In this document: in pieces, positions 60,899 through 64,000 of the stretch | How positions within the stretch are numbered: position 1 is the stretch's first letter | Layout of the letters: every line of letters begins with the position of its first letter | The notes under the pieces: model-generated | What the model saw: only the letters and a program-made list of their open reading frames with translations | Told to the model about the DNA's origin: nothing | The model's database searches: none | Position numbers and translations under genes: made by a program | Assembly: GCA_040954595.2 (NCBI GenBank) | Contig: CM082586.2 | Span: forward strand, 9,641,337-9,705,336 | Reading direction: 5' to 3' | Length of the DNA stretch: 64,000 bases | Source: Balanoglossus misakiensis | Taxonomy: Eukaryota > Animalia > Hemichordata

Positions 60899-61420
60899 GT
60901 TCAGTCTTATAAAGTATGGTACAGGCTATCCAATGATTACATGACCGACAAGGTCAGAGGTCAAGTTCAAACTTTGGGTCAAAGTGAAAATTTCGCTATT
61001 GTTTGCATATTAATCATACATAGTTTTGATTTACCTGAATACGGTTTAGTCGAAGAGGCTGTAAATTGGTCATCAGGGTCACCAAAATTGTAAGGGTTAT
61101 CTCCTTGTTTTACCACTCATACTGATGGCTCAAATTAAAAACTCATAAAAATGTTGCTAATTTGCATATGTTATAAATTGAAATACAGCTTCAACACCCC
61201 CCCCCCTTAATTAAAAATATTGTATAAATCCTCTAATCATACTTTGATATATTTCCTGTAAAATACTATGCCATGTTTTTTAGGTCCCATTTCATAACTC
61301 ATTGGTAAATTGTCACAATGGGATAGAACTGGAGGGACACTCATGGAAGATGCAACTTGTACTAGACATGTTCCTGTGTAGTGCCCCTCCAGTTGGCCTA
61401 CAGCTATCCCACAACCCACC

Positions 61421-62433
61421 GTGTTTCCAAGATGGCGGTAAAGACAAACCTTCCCTATAGCATGTTCCAGTAGCATGCATCAGAATGTGTGCTCTATGCT
61501 GAAAGTGAATTTTTTGTTAGATACCTTAACATCTTTCATTGAATGTTTAATGTAGTCTGTCTGCAGTTGACAAGAATCTAAATAGTCAAACACGAAAGAG
61601 AACTTTTCTAAAATAAAATAATTATGAAGAAAGGTACAACGATAGAGAGTGTGACTTAAATTGCTAATCTCATATACAGTCAATTCAAATTACAGGTTGT
61701 TATTTTCATTCCTGACACACTTCCTAATAGACCCCTTAACTTCTCCCGATTAGAACATGGTTATCATAGTCAGTCAAGAGATAACAATATTCTTCATTCT
61801 CCAAAATATAACAATCGGTTAGGTCAGATTTTAATCAAATTTGTTGGTCCCACACTTTGGAATAGCATTCCAGAAAGAATAAAAAATATTCACCCTCATT
61901 ACAATGTACAAATGAAATAAAACATTACTTGTTACTTGGTTTATAATATTTCATTGACACAAGTTTAATAAAAATGACAACAGACATTGATTTGAATACA
62001 AATATCTGTGGCTAATAGAATCTCACACTCCCAAGGACCTGGGATTGTATTTCTCACATGACTTGGGGAATTTCTGTCCCACTCGTGCCGCAGGCGAGTG
62101 TGGGGCAAAATATCCCTGACGAGTGTGAGAAATATGATCCCAGGTCCTTGGTGTGTGAGATTATATTTCTCACATGGTCACAAATTAGACATATTCGTTA
62201 AAAATGTTGAATAAATTACTCTGGAACTGTCGTCTGGCATGTTGTAGTCTCTCTCCCTATATACACATCGCCCCATTGGATAACATTATGCACGCGTTAG
62301 CGAAAGAACACTTTGTCAACCAATCAGCGCTCGATTCTGTGAGAGTGTGGGATCAATTTGTTCTCACACTCCGATCTCAAACTCCAATCGTGGCAGGAGT
62401 GTGAGAAAGTAGTATATTGGCTGTCAATATGTA
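61421..62433. repeat. Direct duplication, copy 1 (copy 2 at 62988-64000 and beyond)
   Basis: Near-identical sequence at an offset of 1567 bp. Confidence 0.92.
61756..61887 (+). pseudogene. 3'-terminal fragment of a CR1/L2-group LINE ORF2 (duplicated at 63323-63454)
   Basis: Translates HGYHSQSRDNNILHSPKYNNRLGQILIKFVGPTLWNSIPERIKN, matching the H.Y.TR...G..LWN.LP tail of these LINEs. Confidence 0.65.
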
Positions 62434-62686
62434 ACACACCAGTATTCAAGAATGTAGACAGTGTGTTTGTCAATACAGCCAAGCAATACATCATTTGAAT
62501 ATTCATGTGTATAATCCAGTGGTTTTTCTCATGACAGGTTTAACACTGACACTGAGAGACATAGGCACAGCAAAGAGAGTGACCTTCTATGGACCACCTA
62601 GATTGGTATGTACATTTCAACTCTTTTCACTATTGGCTGTACTATACATGCTACTTTAGTTGCATCTTTGCCACTAAAGAGATACC

Positions 62687-62987
62687 TATGGGGGCCCGTT
62701 CTGGTCAAAATTGTAGTTTATTAATAAAACGTGTTAGAATTAATTTTATAGAGCCTGGAATTAATTTTACCAGTATGTAGAATTATTTTTTATGTGCTTT
62801 AATTATTTTTTGTTGTCATGCAGAATTAATTTTATGTGTTCTAAATAATTATTTTAGCTTATCTTTGTTAGAAATAATTTTGCCAACAATATCCCAAATT
62901 ATTTTTACGTGTACAATCGAATTAATTACAGGTGTAGTGTCGAATTAATTACAGGTGTAGTGTCGAATTAATTTTACGTGTTGTGTC
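62687..62987 (+). mobile_element. Truncated third copy of the TATGGGGGCCCG terminal arm
   Basis: Nearly identical to 57975-58290. Confidence 0.85.
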
Positions 62988-64000
62988 ATGTTTCCAAGAT
63001 GGCAGTAAAGACAAACCTTCCCTATAGCATGTTCCGGTAGCATGCATCAGGATGTGTGCTCCATGCTGAAAGTGAATTTTTTGTTAGATACCTTAACATC
63101 TTTCATTGAATGTTTAATGTAGTCTGCCTGCAGTTGACAAGAATCTAATTAGTCAAACACAAAAGAGAACTTTTCTAAAATACAATAATTATGAAGAAAG
63201 GTACAAAGATAGAGAGTGTGACTTAAATTGCTAATCTCATATACAGTCAATTCAAATTACAGGTTGTTATTTTCATTCCTGACACACTTCCTAATAGACC
63301 CCTTAACTTCTCCCGATTAGAACATGGTTATCATAGTCAGTCAAGAGATAACAATATTCTTCATTCTCCAAAATATAACAATCGGTTAGGTCAGATTTTA
63401 ATCAAATTTGTTGGTCCCACACTTTGGAATAGCATTCCAGAAAGAATAAAAAATATTCACCCTCATTACAATGTACAAATGAAATAAAACATTACTTGTT
63501 ACTTGGTTTATAATATTTCATTGACCCAAGTTTAATAAAAATGACAACAGACATTGATTTGAATACAAATATCTGTGGCTAATAGAATCTCACACTCCCA
63601 AGGACCTGGGATTGTATTTCTCACATGACTTGGGGAATTTCTGTCCCACTCGTGCCGCAGGCGAGTGTGGGACAAAATATCCCTGACGAGTGTGAGAAAT
63701 ATGATCCCAGGTCCTTGGTGTGTGAGATTATATTTCTCACATGGTCACAAATTAGACATATTCGTTAAAAATGTTGAATAAATTACTCTGGAACTGTCGT
63801 CTGGCATGTTGTAGTCTCTCTCCCTATATACACATCGCCCCATTGGATAACATTATGCACGCGTTAGCGAAAGAACACTTTGTCAACCAATCAGCGCTCG
63901 ATTCTGTGAGAGTGTGGGATCAATTTGTTCTCACACTCAGATCTCAAACTCCAATCGTGGCAGGAGTGTGAGAAAGTAGTATATTGGCTGTCAATATGTA
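62988..64000. repeat. Direct duplication, copy 2 of 61421-62433
   Basis: Near-identical sequence; identical 66-aa ORFs at 62204 and 63771. Confidence 0.92.

Overview
Eukaryotic (animal, probably marine invertebrate) repeat-rich DNA made almost entirely of nested transposable elements and satellite; no conventional host gene is recognisable. Positions ~600-26630 look like one large Helitron/Helentron-type locus. It has a + strand OTU-Rep ORF (21180-26579) with spliced 5' leader exons and a truncated helicase. Head-to-head with it is a minus-strand multi-exon gene made of phase-1 Pro/Ser/Thr-rich microexons ending in an RPA-like OB-fold exon (601-1700). Its introns hold a PIF/Harbinger-type MITE containing a near-intact Gmr1-type (PR-INT-RT-RH) Gypsy element, plus Kolobok-like MITEs and HINE-like repeats. 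Next come a DIRS-like gag ORF and a decayed spliced DUF6589/AcademH(P)-like transposase with PHD fingers. A ~20.5 kb array of ~131-bp satellite follows, carrying 8 co-amplified copies of a retrotransposon aspartic-protease fragment in higher-order repeats. The right end holds nested MITEs, a ~2.9 kb foldback with TATGG termini, and a 1567-bp-spaced direct duplication. Family assignments rest on motif recognition by eye, not database searches.
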